Positions 44,515 to 59,704 of a stretch of DNA of 64,000 bases are shown here, in pieces. The DNA comes from Escherichia coli (GTDB lineage: Bacteria; Pseudomonadota; Gammaproteobacteria; Enterobacterales; Enterobacteriaceae): the NCBI RefSeq assembly GCF_030013595.1, contig NZ_CP122768.1. One strand, 5' to 3'. Both the position numbers and the translations under genes were made by a program. How positions within the stretch are numbered: the stretch's first letter is position 1; every line of letters begins with the position of its first letter. The notes beneath the pieces are model-generated. The model worked only from the letters and a program-made list of their open reading frames with translations. It had not been told where the DNA came from and searched no databases.

Positions 44515-44874
44515 TTATCCACGTTTCAGTTTAAGCGCCAATGATAGAGCATTCTGTGATAGTGGATCATGGGGAAAGATCACATCGGGCTGTAAATCAC
44601 CCGCATACATACCGGTAATTGCGGGAATTTTTTGTGGTCGGGCGAAGACGGTCAGTCCTTTCATAAACAAGGTGTCGACGATGCGTTGCTGATCGTCCAG
44701 GGCGATGGCGACCACGACCCGCGGTTTAAAGCGCCCGCTGGAACGGCCCACGCCAACCCGCCCTTGCTGGCATAGTGTGTCGAAGGCACGGTTAAAACGA
44801 GAAATTTGCCAACCGCCTAAGGCCAGTTGCGCACACCAGGCGATAACGGCGACGGTGATGAGTGCGGATACCAT
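44515..44874 (-). CDS. gutM: Glucitol operon activator GutM
   Basis: 119-aa ORF MVSALITVAVIAWCAQLALGGWQISRF... Confidence 0.9.
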   Translation of the reverse strand: MVSALITVAVIAWCAQLALGGWQISRFNRAFDTLCQQGRVGVGRSSGRFKPRVVVAIALDDQQRIVDTLFMKGLTVFARPQKIPAITGMYAGDLQPDVIFPHDPLSQNALSLALKLKRG

Positions 44875-44909
44875 AACTTTTCCTTAATGTAGTGGCGGAA
44901 GTCCTGTAT

Positions 44910-44934
44910 GCCTGATGAGCGTAGCGCATCAGGC
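44910..44934. repeat. REP-like palindromic element in the srlD-gutM intergenic region
   Basis: gcctgatg...catcaggc palindrome resembling the REP consensus; a second hairpin gcggagatcc/ggatctccgc lies at 44950-44974. Confidence 0.4.
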
Positions 44935-44979
44935 ATTTTATTAGTCTCGCGGAGATCCTTAACGGATCTCCGCTGTTAA

Positions 44980-46134
<1,155 letters not shown>

Positions 46135-46144
46135 GTTTCAGCCT

Positions 46145-47682
<1,538 letters not shown>

Positions 47683-47919
47683 TTATTGTTTTATTACCAA
47701 ACGGCAACCTAATCTAATCAGATTGAAAGATTTAAAAGTGTTATTTTGATCGCAAAATGAAAGATAAATATTTTAATTTGAAAGTTTGAATAAAAGGATT
47801 GCGAGGAGAATGAGTTGAGTTATGTAAAGTCCGTATCGGGCAGTGACTACCGCTTCCTTGTGCGGGGCGTGATGCTTTACCATACTTGCCCCTGGTTGAA
47901 TCTGTTAAATGGACCCCTC

Positions 47920-49005
47920 ATGTTCAAGCGTCGTTATGTAACATTGCTTCCCCTTTTTGTGTTGCTTGCCGCCTGTAGCAGCAAGCCAAAACCTACTGAG
48001 ACTGAAACGACCACCGGAACGCCGTCTGGCGGCTTCCTGCTTGAGCCGCAGCACAATGTGATGCAGATGGGCGGTGACTTCGCCAATAACCCGAATGCCC
48101 AGCAGTTCATCGACAAAATGGTGAACAAACACGGTTTCGATCGTCAGCAGTTGCAGGAAATTCTCTCTCAGGCGAAACGTCTGGATTCGGTACTGCGGCT
48201 GATGGATAACCAGGCACCAACCACATCGGTGAAACCGCCATCAGGTCCGAACGGCGCATGGCTGCGTTATCGCAAAAAATTTATTACGCCGGACAACGTG
48301 CAGAATGGTGTGGTTTTCTGGAATCAGTATGAAGATGCGTTGAATCGCGCGTGGCAGGTGTATGGCGTACCGCCGGAAATTATCGTCGGGATTATCGGCG
48401 TTGAAACCCGCTGGGGGCGCGTGATGGGGAAAAACCGTATCCTCGATGCGCTGGCAACGCTGTCATTTAACTACCCACGCCGCGCGGAGTATTTCTCTGG
48501 CGAGCTGGAAACTTTCCTGCTGATGGCGCGCGATGAGCAGGACGATCCGCTCAATCTGAAAGGTTCCTTTGCCGGGGCGATGGGCTACGGACAGTTTATG
48601 CCGTCGTCTTACAAACAATATGCGGTAGATTTCAGCGGCGACGGGCATATCAACCTGTGGGATCCGGTTGATGCGATCGGTAGTGTGGCGAACTATTTCA
48701 AAGCGCACGGCTGGGTGAAAGGTGATCAGGTTGCGGTGATGGCAAACGGTCAGGCTCTAGGCTTGCCAAATGGCTTCAAAACCAAGTACAGCATTTCGCA
48801 GCTTGCCGCGGCAGGTTTAACGCCACAGCAGCCGCTGGGCAACCATCAACAAGCCAGCCTGCTGCGTCTGGATGTCGGTACCGGTTACCAGTACTGGTAC
48901 GGTCTGCCGAACTTCTACACCATCACCCGTTACAACCACAGTACCCATTACGCAATGGCGGTCTGGCAGTTAGGACAAGCCGTGGCGCTGGCGCGCGTGC
49001 AGTAA
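47920..49005 (+). CDS. mltB: Membrane-bound lytic murein transglycosylase B (lipoprotein)
   Basis: Starts MFKRRYVTLLPLFVLLAACSS (lipobox LAAC); the track ORF from 47815 is a 5' over-extension. Confidence 0.93.
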   Translation: MFKRRYVTLLPLFVLLAACSSKPKPTETETTTGTPSGGFLLEPQHNVMQMGGDFANNPNAQQFIDKMVNKHGFDRQQLQEILSQAKRLDSVLRLMDNQAPTTSVKPPSGPNGAWLRYRKKFITPDNVQNGVVFWNQYEDALNRAWQVYGVPPEIIVGIIGVETRWGRVMGKNRILDALATLSFNYPRRAEYFSGELETFLLMARDEQDDPLNLKGSFAGAMGYGQFMPSSYKQYAVDFSGDGHINLWDPVDAIGSVANYFKAHGWVKGDQVAVMANGQALGLPNGFKTKYSISQLAAAGLTPQQPLGNHQQASLLRLDVGTGYQYWYGLPNFYTITRYNHSTHYAMAVWQLGQAVALARVQ

Positions 49006-49149
49006 CTATTTGCAAGAGGGGAGCGTGAGCTTCCCTCTGGCTAATCAGCTTTTTTCTGAATCCTCCTCGTAAAATTGCAACGCCAACACCATCTTCCTGA
49101 CGAAAGTGCTATCTTGTCCGGCATAAATTTTTGACTGACAGAGGTTGTG

Positions 49150-49643
49150 ATGACTGACAGTGAACTGATGCAGTTAAGCGAACAGGTTGGGCAGGCGCTG
49201 AAAGCCCGTGGCGCAACCGTAACAACTGCTGAGTCTTGTACCGGTGGTTGGGTAGCGAAAGTGATTACCGATATTGCCGGCAGTTCCGCCTGGTTTGAAC
49301 GCGGATTTGTCACCTACAGTAACGAAGCGAAAGCGCAAATGATCGGTGTACGCGAAGAGACGCTGGCGCAGCATGGCGCGGTGAGCGAACCTGTCGTGGT
49401 GGAAATGGCGATAGGCGCACTGAAAGCGGCTCGTGCTGATTATGCCGTGTCTATTAGTGGTATCGCCGGGCCGGATGGCGGCAGTGAAGAGAAGCCTGTC
49501 GGCACCGTCTGGTTTGCTTTTGCCACTGCCCGTGGTGAAGGCATTACCCGGCGGGAATGCTTCAGCGGTGACCGTGATGCGGTGCGTCGTCAGGCTACTG
49601 CGTATGCATTGCAGACCTTGTGGCAACAATTTCTACAAAACAC

Positions 49644-49647
<4 letters not shown>
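49150..49647 (+). CDS. pncC: NMN amidohydrolase PncC (CinA C-terminal-domain family)
   Basis: MTDSELMQLSEQVGQALKARGATVTTAESCTGGW...; ATG 49150 preferred over the in-frame GTG at 49147. Confidence 0.9.
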
Positions 49648-50788
<1,141 letters not shown>

Positions 50789-50808
50789 TCGTCTTGTTTG
50801 ATACACAA

Positions 50809-50836
50809 GGGTCGCATCTGCGGCCCTTTTGCTTTT
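50809..50836 (+). terminator. Intrinsic terminator downstream of recA
   Basis: Stem gggtcgc/gcggccc with 4-nt loop followed by ttttgctttttt. Confidence 0.65.
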
Positions 50837-50856
50837 TTAAGTTGTAAGGATATGCC

Positions 50857-51357
50857 ATGACAGAATCAACGTCCCGTCGCCCGGCATATGCTCGCCTGTT
50901 GGATCGTGCGGTACGCATTCTGGCGGTGCGCGATCACAGTGAGCAAGAACTGCGACGTAAACTCGCGGCACCGATTATGGGCAAAAATGGCCCGGAAGAG
51001 ATTGATGCCACGGCAGAAGATTACGAGCGCGTTATTGCCTGGTGCCATGAACATGGCTATCTCGATGACAGCCGATTTGTGGCGCGCTTTATCGCCAGCC
51101 GTAGCCGCAAAGGTTATGGACCTGCGCGTATTCGTCAGGAACTGAATCAGAAAGGTATTTCCCGCGAAGCGACAGAAAAAGCGATGCGTGAATGTGACAT
51201 CGACTGGTGCGCACTGGCGCGCGATCAGGCGACGCGAAAATATGGCGAACCTTTGCCAACTGTCTTTTCAGAAAAAGTTAAGATCCAGCGTTTTCTGCTC
51301 TATCGTGGCTATCTGATGGAAGATATCCAGGATATTTGGCGAAATTTTGCCGACTGA
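50857..51357 (+). CDS. recX: RecA regulator RecX
   Basis: 166-aa [39 protein letters not shown]... Confidence 0.93.
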   Translation: MTESTSRRPAYARLLDRAVRILAVRDHSEQELRRKLAAPIMGKNGPEEIDATAEDYERVIAWCHEHGYLDDSRFVARFIASRSRKGYGPARIRQELNQKGISREATEKAMRECDIDWCALARDQATRKYGEPLPTVFSEKVKIQRFLLYRGYLMEDIQDIWRNFAD

Positions 51358-51485
51358 ACGCATACGGGATTTTACTTCCCAGTCAAGAAAACTTATCTTA
51401 TTCCCACTTTTCAGTTACCAGCCGGGCGGTTAACAACACGCAACGGCTGGTAGCGATATTTCGTTAGCTTGATTTCAGGATAATT

Positions 51486-54116
51486 ATGAGCAAGAGCACC
51501 GCTGAGATCCGTCAGGCGTTTCTCGACTTTTTCCATAGTAAGGGACATCAGGTAGTTGCCAGCAGCTCCCTGGTACCCCATAACGACCCAACTTTGTTGT
51601 TTACCAACGCCGGGATGAACCAGTTCAAGGATGTGTTCCTTGGGCTCGACAAGCGTAATTATTCCCGCGCTACCACTTCCCAACGCTGCGTGCGTGCGGG
51701 TGGTAAACACAACGACCTGGAAAACGTTGGTTACACCGCGCGTCATCATACCTTCTTCGAAATGCTGGGCAACTTCAGCTTCGGCGACTATTTCAAACAC
51801 GATGCCATTCAGTTTGCATGGGAACTGCTGACCAGCGAAAAATGGTTTGCCCTGCCGAAAGAGCGTCTGTGGGTTACCGTCTATGAAAGCGACGACGAAG
51901 CCTACGAAATCTGGGAAAAAGAAGTAGGGATCCCGCGCGAACGTATTATTCGCATCGGCGATAACAAAGGTGCGCCATACGCATCTGACAACTTCTGGCA
52001 GATGGGTGACACTGGTCCGTGCGGCCCGTGCACCGAAATCTTCTACGATCACGGCGACCACATTTGGGGTGGCCCTCCGGGAAGTCCGGAAGAAGACGGC
52101 GACCGCTACATTGAGATCTGGAACATCGTCTTCATGCAGTTCAACCGCCAGGCAGATGGCACGATGGAACCGCTGCCGAAGCCGTCTGTAGATACCGGTA
52201 TGGGTCTGGAGCGTATTGCTGCGGTGCTGCAACACGTTAACTCTAACTATGACATCGACCTGTTCCGTACGCTGATCCAGGCGGTAGCGAAAGTCACTGG
52301 CGCGACCGATTTGAGCAACAAATCGCTGCGCGTAATCGCTGACCACATTCGTTCTTGTGCGTTCCTGATCGCGGATGGCGTAATGCCGTCCAATGAAAAC
52401 CGTGGTTATGTACTGCGTCGTATCATTCGTCGCGCAGTGCGTCACGGTAATATGCTCGGCGCGAAAGAAACCTTCTTCTACAAACTGGTTGGTCCGCTGA
52501 TCGACGTTATGGGCTCTGCGGGTGAAGACCTGAAACGCCAGCAGGCGCAGGTTGAGCAGGTGCTGAAGACTGAAGAAGAGCAGTTTGCCCGTACTCTGGA
52601 GCGCGGTCTGGCGCTGCTGGATGAAGAGCTGGCAAAACTTTCTGGTGATACGCTGGATGGTGAAACGGCTTTCCGTCTGTACGACACCTATGGCTTCCCG
52701 GTTGACCTGACGGCTGATGTTTGTCGTGAGCGCAACATCAAAGTTGACGAAGCTGGATTTGAAGCAGCAATGGAAGAGCAGCGTCGTCGTGCGCGCGAAG
52801 CCAGCGGCTTTGGTGCCGATTACAACGCAATGATCCGTGTTGACAGTGCATCTGAATTTAAAGGCTATGACCATCTGGAACTAAACGGCAAAGTGACCGC
52901 GCTGTTTGTTGATGGTAAATCGGTTGATGTCATCAATGCAGGCCAGGAAGCTGTGGTCGTGCTGGATCAAACGCCATTCTATGCGGAATCCGGCGGTCAG
53001 GTTGGTGATAAAGGCGAACTGAAAGGCGCTAACTTCTCCTTTGCGGTGGAAGATACGCAGAAATACGGCCAGGCGATTGGTCACATCGGTAAACTTGCTG
53101 CGGGTTCTCTGAAAGTGGGCGACGCGGTGCAGGCTGATGTTGATGAAGCTCGTCGCGCCCGTATTCGTCTGAATCACTCCGCAACGCACCTGATGCACGC
53201 GGCGCTGCGCCAGGCTCTGGGTACTCATGTATCGCAGAAAGGTTCACTGGTTAACGACAAAGTGCTGCGCTTCGACTTCTCACACAACGAAGCGATGAAG
53301 CCAGAAGAGATTCGTGCGGTCGAAGACCTGGTGAACGCACAGATTCGCCGTAACTTGCCGATTGAAACCAACATCATGGATCTCGAAGCGGCGAAAGCGA
53401 AAGGTGCGATGGCACTGTTCGGCGAGAAGTATGATGAGCGCGTACGCGTGCTGAGCATGGGCGATTTCTCCACCGAGCTGTGTGGCGGTACTCACGCCAG
53501 TCGCACCGGTGATATTGGTCTGTTCCGCATCATCTCTGAATCGGGTACTGCTGCAGGCGTTCGTCGTATCGAAGCGGTAACCGGAGAAGGCGCTATCGCC
53601 ACCGTTCATGCAGACAGCGATCGCTTAAACGAAGTCGCGCATCTGCTGAAAGGCGATAGCAATAATCTGGCTGATAAAGTGCGCTCAGTACTGGAACGTA
53701 CGCGTCAGCTGGAAAAAGAGTTACAACAGCTTAAAGAACAAGCTGCCGCACAGGAGAGCGCAAATCTTTCCAGTAAGGCAATTGATGTTAATGGTGTTAA
53801 GCTGTTGGTTAGCGAGCTTAGCGGTGTTGAGCCGAAAATGTTGCGTACCATGGTTGACGATTTAAAAAATCAGCTGGGGTCGACAATTATCGTGCTGGCA
53901 ACGGTAGTCGAAGGTAAGGTTTCTCTGATTGCAGGCGTATCTAAGGACGTCACAGATCGTGTGAAAGCAGGGGAACTGATTGGTATGGTCGCTCAGCAGG
54001 TGGGCGGCAAGGGTGGTGGACGTCCTGACATGGCGCAAGCCGGTGGTACGGATGCTGCGGCCTTACCTGCAGCGTTAGCCAGTGTGAAAGGCTGGGTCAG
54101 CGCGAAATTGCAATAA
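51486..54116 (+). CDS. alaS: Alanine--tRNA ligase
   Basis: 876-aa [34 protein letters not shown]... with class II aaRS motifs. Confidence 0.97.
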   Translation: MSKSTAEIRQAFLDFFHSKGHQVVASSSLVPHNDPTLLFTNAGMNQFKDVFLGLDKRNYSRATTSQRCVRAGGKHNDLENVGYTARHHTFFEMLGNFSFGDYFKHDAIQFAWELLTSEKWFALPKERLWVTVYESDDEAYEIWEKEVGIPRERIIRIGDNKGAPYASDNFWQMGDTGPCGPCTEIFYDHGDHIWGGPPGSPEEDGDRYIEIWNIVFMQFNRQADGTMEPLPKPSVDTGMGLERIAAVLQHVNSNYDIDLFRTLIQAVAKVTGATDLSNKSLRVIADHIRSCAFLIADGVMPSNENRGYVLRRIIRRAVRHGNMLGAKETFFYKLVGPLIDVMGSAGEDLKRQQAQVEQVLKTEEEQFARTLERGLALLDEELAKLSGDTLDGETAFRLYDTYGFPVDLTADVCRERNIKVDEAGFEAAMEEQRRRAREASGFGADYNAMIRVDSASEFKGYDHLELNGKVTALFVDGKSVDVINAGQEAVVVLDQTPFYAESGGQVGDKGELKGANFSFAVEDTQKYGQAIGHIGKLAAGSLKVGDAVQADVDEARRARIRLNHSATHLMHAALRQALGTHVSQKGSLVNDKVLRFDFSHNEAMKPEEIRAVEDLVNAQIRRNLPIETNIMDLEAAKAKGAMALFGEKYDERVRVLSMGDFSTELCGGTHASRTGDIGLFRIISESGTAAGVRRIEAVTGEGAIATVHADSDRLNEVAHLLKGDSNNLADKVRSVLERTRQLEKELQQLKEQAAAQESANLSSKAIDVNGVKLLVSELSGVEPKMLRTMVDDLKNQLGSTIIVLATVVEGKVSLIAGVSKDVTDRVKAGELIGMVAQQVGGKGGGRPDMAQAGGTDAAALPAALASVKGWVSAKLQ

Positions 54117-54350
54117 TATAAGCGTCAGGCAATGCCGTGGACTCGCTTCACGGCATTCGCATTAACGCTATCGACAACGATAAAGTCAGGTTGAAGTTGT
54201 GTATATCGGCTAAACTTAGGTTTAACAGAATGTAATGCCATGACTGCTTACATGTAATGTGTTTGTCATTGCTTACTTTTTGGCGTTATATGATGGATAA
54301 TGCCGGGATACAGAGAGACCCGACTCTTTTAATCTTTCAAGGAGCAAAGA

Positions 54351-54536
54351 ATGCTGATTCTGACTCGTCGAGTTGGTGAGACTCTCATGATTGGGGATGA
54401 GGTCACCGTGACAGTTTTAGGGGTAAAGGGCAACCAGGTACGTATTGGCGTAAATGCCCCGAAGGAAGTTTCTGTTCACCGTGAAGAGATCTACCAGCGT
54501 ATCCAGGCTGAAAAATCCCAGCAGTCCAGTTACTAA
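54351..54536 (+). CDS. csrA: Carbon storage regulator CsrA
   Basis: 61-aa [51 protein letters not shown]. Confidence 0.97.
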
Positions 54537-54761
54537 TCTTTCCGCGTCTCATCTTTATCGGTGAGACGCACCCTCAAAATTTCTTCTTCACTCCATTGTC
54601 TTTTCGCTTTACTCCCGTTCATTCAACTTAAGTTTCCATTTTTTTGCATTACTGCTATCTGACAGACCTCCGTTTTTTTGTTGATAAAACACTCTTTTTG
54701 ACGTTTTTACAGACTAATTGAGCGTGAAGTGTGCAAACGATAAAAGTGTGGGAAAAATTGT

Positions 54762-54789
54762 TTGACTTATAAGTCTCAGAAAGTAATAT
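54762..54789 (+). promoter_or_regulatory. Candidate promoter of the tRNA-Ser/tRNA-Arg cluster (-35 ttgact, 16-bp spacer, -10 taatat, GC-rich discriminator)
   Basis: Hexamers followed by gtgcgcc, typical of stringently controlled stable-RNA promoters. Confidence 0.45.
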
Positions 54790-54851
54790 GTGCGCCACGC
54801 AGCGACGATGAGCGATAAACAAGTTCTTCGAAGCACTCGTAAGAGGCGTGT

Positions 54852-54944
54852 GGTGAGGTGGCCGAGAGGCTGAAGGCGCTCCCCTGCTAAGGGAGTATGC
54901 GGTCAAAAGCTGCATCCGGGGTTCGAATCCCCGCCTCACCGCCA
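54852..54944 (+). tRNA. serV: tRNA-Ser (anticodon GCU), 93 nt including CCA
   Basis: Cloverleaf with long variable arm; anticodon loop cuGCUaa; ends ...ccgcctcaccgcca. Confidence 0.93.
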
Positions 54945-54947
54945 TTT

Positions 54948-55024
54948 GCATCCGTAGCTCAGCTGGATAGAGTACTCGGCTACGAACCGAGCGGTCGGAG
55001 GTTCGAATCCTCCCGGATGCACCA
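54948..55024 (+). tRNA. tRNA-Arg (anticodon ACG), 77 nt, copy 1
   Basis: gcatccgtagctcagctggatagagtactcggctACGaaccgagcggtcggaggttcgaatcctcccggatgcacca; 3 nt after tRNA-Ser. Confidence 0.93.
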
Positions 55025-55139
55025 TATTCTACGTACTTTCAGCGATGAAGGTATAGAAGAGGTGGCGGTAATAACCGCAGGCACCAGGGAGGATAACGTT
55101 GCTTTAGCAACGGCCCGAAGGGCGAGCCGCAAGGCGAGT

Positions 55140-55158
55140 AATCCTCCCGGATGCACCA
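55140..55158 (+). other. 19-nt 3'-terminal fragment of tRNA-Arg (aatcctcccggatgcacca) in the long spacer
   Basis: Exact match to the last 19 nt of the intact copies; upstream sequence diverges. Confidence 0.7.
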
Positions 55159-55222
55159 TCTCTTACTTGATACGGCTTTAGTAGCGGTATCAAAAAATCT
55201 GCAGTAAAGTAAGTTTCCCGAT

Positions 55223-55299
55223 GCATCCGTAGCTCAGCTGGATAGAGTACTCGGCTACGAACCGAGCGGTCGGAGGTTCGAATCCTCCCGGATGCACCA
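55223..55299 (+). tRNA. tRNA-Arg (anticodon ACG), 77 nt, copy 2
   Basis: Identical to copy 1. Confidence 0.93.
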
Positions 55300-55401
55300 T
55301 ATTCTCCGTAATCATCAGTGATGATGGTTAAGATGGATTTTCTTATTTGATATGGCTTTAGTAGCGGTATCAATATCAGCAGTAAAATAAGTTTTCCCGA
55401 T

Positions 55402-55478
55402 GCATCCGTAGCTCAGCTGGATAGAGTACTCGGCTACGAACCGAGCGGTCGGAGGTTCGAATCCTCCCGGATGCACCA
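55402..55478 (+). tRNA. tRNA-Arg (anticodon ACG), 77 nt, copy 3
   Basis: Identical to copy 1. Confidence 0.93.
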
Positions 55479-55688
55479 TATTCTCCGTAATCTTCAGCAA
55501 TGAAGGTATCGAAGAGGTAGCGGTTCTAACCGCAGGCACCATCTTCTCCAAAAAATTTCCTTCAAAAATATCTCATTTCTAAATAACTACTTTATCCATT
55601 TCCTGAATTTTCTTCTCCTTCGCCATCAGCGACAAAATCAAGCAATTACGCTAAAGTAGCGTCATATTTTTCGACTTGCGAGAAGACC

Positions 55689-56255
55689 ATGTACGAGCGT
55701 TATGCAGGTTTAATTTTTGATATGGATGGCACAATCCTGGATACGGAGCCTACGCACCGTAAAGCGTGGCGCGAAGTATTAGGGCACTACGGTCTTCAGT
55801 ACGATGTTCAGGCAATGATTGCGCTTAATGGCTCGCCCACCTGGCGTATTGCTCAGGCGATTATTGAGCTGAATCAGGCCGATCTCGACCCGCATGCGTT
55901 AGCGCGTGAAAAAACAGAAGCAGTAAGAAGTATGCTGCTGGATAGTGTCGAGCCGCTTCCTCTTGTTGAAGTGGTGAAAAGCTGGCATGGTCGTCGCCCA
56001 ATGGCTGTAGGAACGGGGAGTGAAAGCGCCATCGCTGAGGCATTGCTGGCGCACCTGGGATTACGCCGTTATTTTGACGCCGTCGTCGCTGCTGATCACG
56101 TCAAACACCATAAACCCGCGCCAGACACATTTTTGTTGTGCGCGCAGCGTATGGGCGTGCAACCGACACAGTGTGTGGTCTTTGAAGATGCCGATTTCGG
56201 TATTCAGGCGGCCCGTGCAGCAGGCATGGACGCTGTGGATGTTCGCTTGCTGTGA
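55689..56255 (+). CDS. yqaB: HAD-superfamily sugar phosphatase YqaB
   Basis: 188-aa ORF with DMDGT HAD motif I (…LIFDMDGTILDTEP…). Confidence 0.92.
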   Translation: MYERYAGLIFDMDGTILDTEPTHRKAWREVLGHYGLQYDVQAMIALNGSPTWRIAQAIIELNQADLDPHALAREKTEAVRSMLLDSVEPLPLVEVVKSWHGRRPMAVGTGSESAIAEALLAHLGLRRYFDAVVAADHVKHHKPAPDTFLLCAQRMGVQPTQCVVFEDADFGIQAARAAGMDAVDVRLL

Positions 56256-56665
56256 GTGAAGCGTTATCGCTTTTCTCGTTGTTTGCCAGTAGTTTTCTCA
56301 GCGCTACACTATTACCCGGCAACTCCGAAGTCGTGCTGGTGGCAATGTTGCTTTCCGGGATCAGTCATCCCTGGGTTTTAGTTTTAACAGCAACAATGGG
56401 TAATAGCCTTGGAGGGTTAACTAACGTTATCCTTGGGCGTTTCTTTCCATTGCGTAAAACATCGCGCTGGCAAGAGAAAGCTACCGGCTGGCTGAAACGC
56501 TATGGTGCAGTCACGCTATTATTAAGCTGGATGCCCGTGGTTGGCGATTTACTGTGTCTGTTAGCGGGATGGATGCGCATCTCCTGGGGGCCGGTAATCT
56601 TTTTTTGTGCCTTGGTAAAGCGTTACGCTATGTTGCAGTTGCAGCAGCGACCGTTCAGGGCATGA
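56252..56665 (+). CDS. yqaA: Small DedA/YqaA-family inner membrane protein; C-terminus altered by an apparent -1 frameshift in a T7 tract
   Basis: GTG start overlapping the yqaB stop; after ...WGPVIFF the frame ends CALVKRYAMLQLQQRPFRA*; one extra T in the run at 56600-56606 would give a hydrophobic LCLGKALRYVAVAAATVQGMMWWH* tail and a 142-aa product. Confidence 0.8.
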   Translation: MSEALSLFSLFASSFLSATLLPGNSEVVLVAMLLSGISHPWVLVLTATMGNSLGGLTNVILGRFFPLRKTSRWQEKATGWLKRYGAVTLLLSWMPVVGDLLCLLAGWMRISWGPVIFFCALVKRYAMLQLQQRPFRA

Positions 56666-56724
56666 TGTGGTGGCACTAATTGTAGGCCTGCACATATGGT
56701 CACCATTACAGTTATGCTAATTAA

Positions 56725-58308
<1,584 letters not shown>

Positions 58309-58316
58309 CAGAAAAG

Positions 58317-58389
58317 AAAAAGGCCACTCGTGAGTGGCCAAAATTTCATCTCTGAATTCAGGGATGATGATAACAAATGCGCGTCTTTC
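58317..58389 (-). ncRNA. micA: MicA (SraD) Hfq-dependent small RNA, ~73 nt
   Basis: Reverse strand reads GAAAGACGCGCATTTGTTATCATCATCCCTGAATTCAGAGATGAAATTTTGGCCACTCACGAGTGGCCTTTTT, ending in a terminator hairpin (58322-58339) plus U-run; sits between gshA and luxS. Confidence 0.9.
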
Positions 58390-58395
58390 ATATAC

Positions 58396-58422
58396 TCAGA
58401 CTCGCCTGGGAAGAAAGAGTTC
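58396..58422 (-). promoter_or_regulatory. Sigma-E type promoter of micA (-35 GAACTC, 16-bp spacer, -10 TCTGA)
   Basis: Reverse strand reads gaactc-N16-tctga-gtatat then the MicA 5' end at 58389. Confidence 0.7.
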
Positions 58423-58457
58423 AGAAAATTTTTAAAAAAATTACCGGAGGTGGCTAA

Positions 58458-58973
58458 ATGCCGTTGTTAGATAGCTTCACAGTCGATCATACCCGGATGG
58501 AAGCGCCTGCAGTTCGGGTGGCGAAAACAATGAACACCCCGCATGGCGACGCAATCACCGTGTTCGATCTGCGCTTCTGCGTGCCGAACAAAGAAGTGAT
58601 GCCAGAAAGAGGGATCCATACCCTGGAGCACCTGTTTGCTGGTTTTATGCGTAACCATCTTAACGGTAATGGCGTAGAGATTATCGATATCTCGCCAATG
58701 GGCTGCCGCACCGGTTTTTATATGAGTCTGATTGGTACGCCAGATGAGCAGCGTGTCGCTGATGCCTGGAAAGCGGCAATGGAGGACGTGCTGAAAGTGC
58801 AGGATCAGAATCAGATCCCGGAACTGAACGTCTACCAGTGTGGCACTTACCAGATGCACTCGTTGCAGGAAGCGCAGGATATTGCGCGTAGCATTCTGGA
58901 ACGTGACGTACGCATCAACAGCAACGAAGAGCTGGCGCTACCGAAAGAGAAGTTGCAGGAACTGCACATCTAG
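58458..58973 (+). CDS. luxS: S-ribosylhomocysteine lyase LuxS (AI-2 synthase)
   Basis: 171-aa [43 protein letters not shown]... with HxxEH metal motif. Confidence 0.96.
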
Positions 58974-59009
58974 TCAGTAAACTATCTTCACAATTAATTG
59001 AATAAATAT

Positions 59010-59033
59010 CCTCCGGCATAGCCGGAGGTTTTT
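59010..59033 (+). repeat. Subterminal hairpin at the tnpA-distal end of the IS200-like element (cctccggcatagccggagg + ttttt)
   Basis: 19-nt palindrome; 14/19 identity and same architecture as the hairpin at 59681-59699. Confidence 0.6.
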
Positions 59034-59109
59034 CAAATGCGCCTATAAGGCTCTCTTACCAGCCGCGCCCTAACAGGCGCACACGATCTGACATTTGCAT
59101 CCAACTTCG

Positions 59110-59568
59110 TTACTTACGGCCCGTAAACGGGCTGCCCGGATAGGGAATCGATAACTGATCTCCCATTTTATCCTCTTCAAGCTGGTGCTTTATGTAATCC
59201 TGTATCTTCGCCGTGTTCTTACCCACTGTATCGACGTAGTACCCTCTGCACCAGAACTCCCTGTTCCTGTATTTGAATTTCAAATCACCAAACTGCTCGT
59301 AAAGCATCAGACTGCTTTTCCCTTTCAGATATCCCATAAACCCGGATACGCTCATTTTGGGCGGGATCTCCACAAGCATATGGATATGATCTGCACAGCA
59401 TTCAGCTTCCAGAATCCGTACGCTTTTCCACTCACACAGCTTTCTCAAAATACTGCCTATTGCTCTACGCTTCTCTCTGTAGAACACCTGTCTTCGGTAT
59501 TTTGGCGCAAAAACTATGTGATATTTACAGTTCCATCGGGTGTGCGCTAAGCTCTTTTCGTTCCCCAT
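59110..59568 (-). CDS. tnpA: IS200-type transposase TnpA (HuH single-strand transposase), 152 aa
   Basis: MGNEKSLAHTRWNCKYHIVFAPKYRR...CCADHIHMLVEIPPK...YVDTVGKN (HuH and catalytic Tyr region); the track ORF is extended 17 codons. Confidence 0.92.
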   Translation of the reverse strand: MGNEKSLAHTRWNCKYHIVFAPKYRRQVFYREKRRAIGSILRKLCEWKSVRILEAECCADHIHMLVEIPPKMSVSGFMGYLKGKSSLMLYEQFGDLKFKYRNREFWCRGYYVDTVGKNTAKIQDYIKHQLEEDKMGDQLSIPYPGSPFTGRK

Positions 59569-59573
59569 TGGGA

Positions 59574-59643
59574 CCCCCTTTTGATTTCTTGTTTGACACT
59601 TGCAGTTGCCAGACCGCAAGGTGTTTTAACAAATCAAAAGGGG
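59574..59643 (-). promoter_or_regulatory. Long imperfect stem-loop in the tnpA leader that pairs with the Shine-Dalgarno sequence
   Basis: cccccttttgattt (59574-59587) pairs with aaatcaaaagggg (59631-59643); the tnpA Shine-Dalgarno lies in the 3' arm, as described for IS200. Confidence 0.6.
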
Positions 59644-59680
59644 TTTTAATAACTGGCTCAAAGCTGAAAGCTTTCCGGAA

Positions 59681-59704
59681 CCCCCAGCCTAGCTGGGGGT
59701 TTTC
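59681..59704 (+). repeat. Subterminal hairpin at the tnpA-proximal end of the IS200-like element (cccccagcctagctggggg + tttt)
   Basis: 19-nt palindrome matching the other end hairpin in architecture. Confidence 0.6.

Noticed and set aside
51411-52874. 487-aa reverse-strand ORF inside alaS
   Set aside because: Antisense to alaS; no independent support.
55025-55222. Possible integrated element at the tRNA-Arg 3' fragment
   Set aside because: Only ~115 bp separate tRNA copy 1 from the fragment and there is no integrase or cargo; more likely a degenerate repeat unit of the tRNA array.
54948-55478. Evenly repeated 77-bp units considered as a possible CRISPR-like array
   Set aside because: The repeats are complete tRNA-Arg genes with cloverleaf structure; spacers are 198 and 102 bp and partly similar to each other; no cas genes or leader are present.
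59010-59033. Hairpin plus T-run read as the native luxS terminator
   Set aside because: It is highly similar to the hairpin at the other end of the IS200-like element, and the insertion size implies it belongs to the element; it may still function as the luxS terminator, so the assignment is tentative.
59185-59550. 121-aa forward-strand ORF inside the IS200-like element
   Set aside because: Antisense to tnpA; IS200 is known to encode a single transposase.
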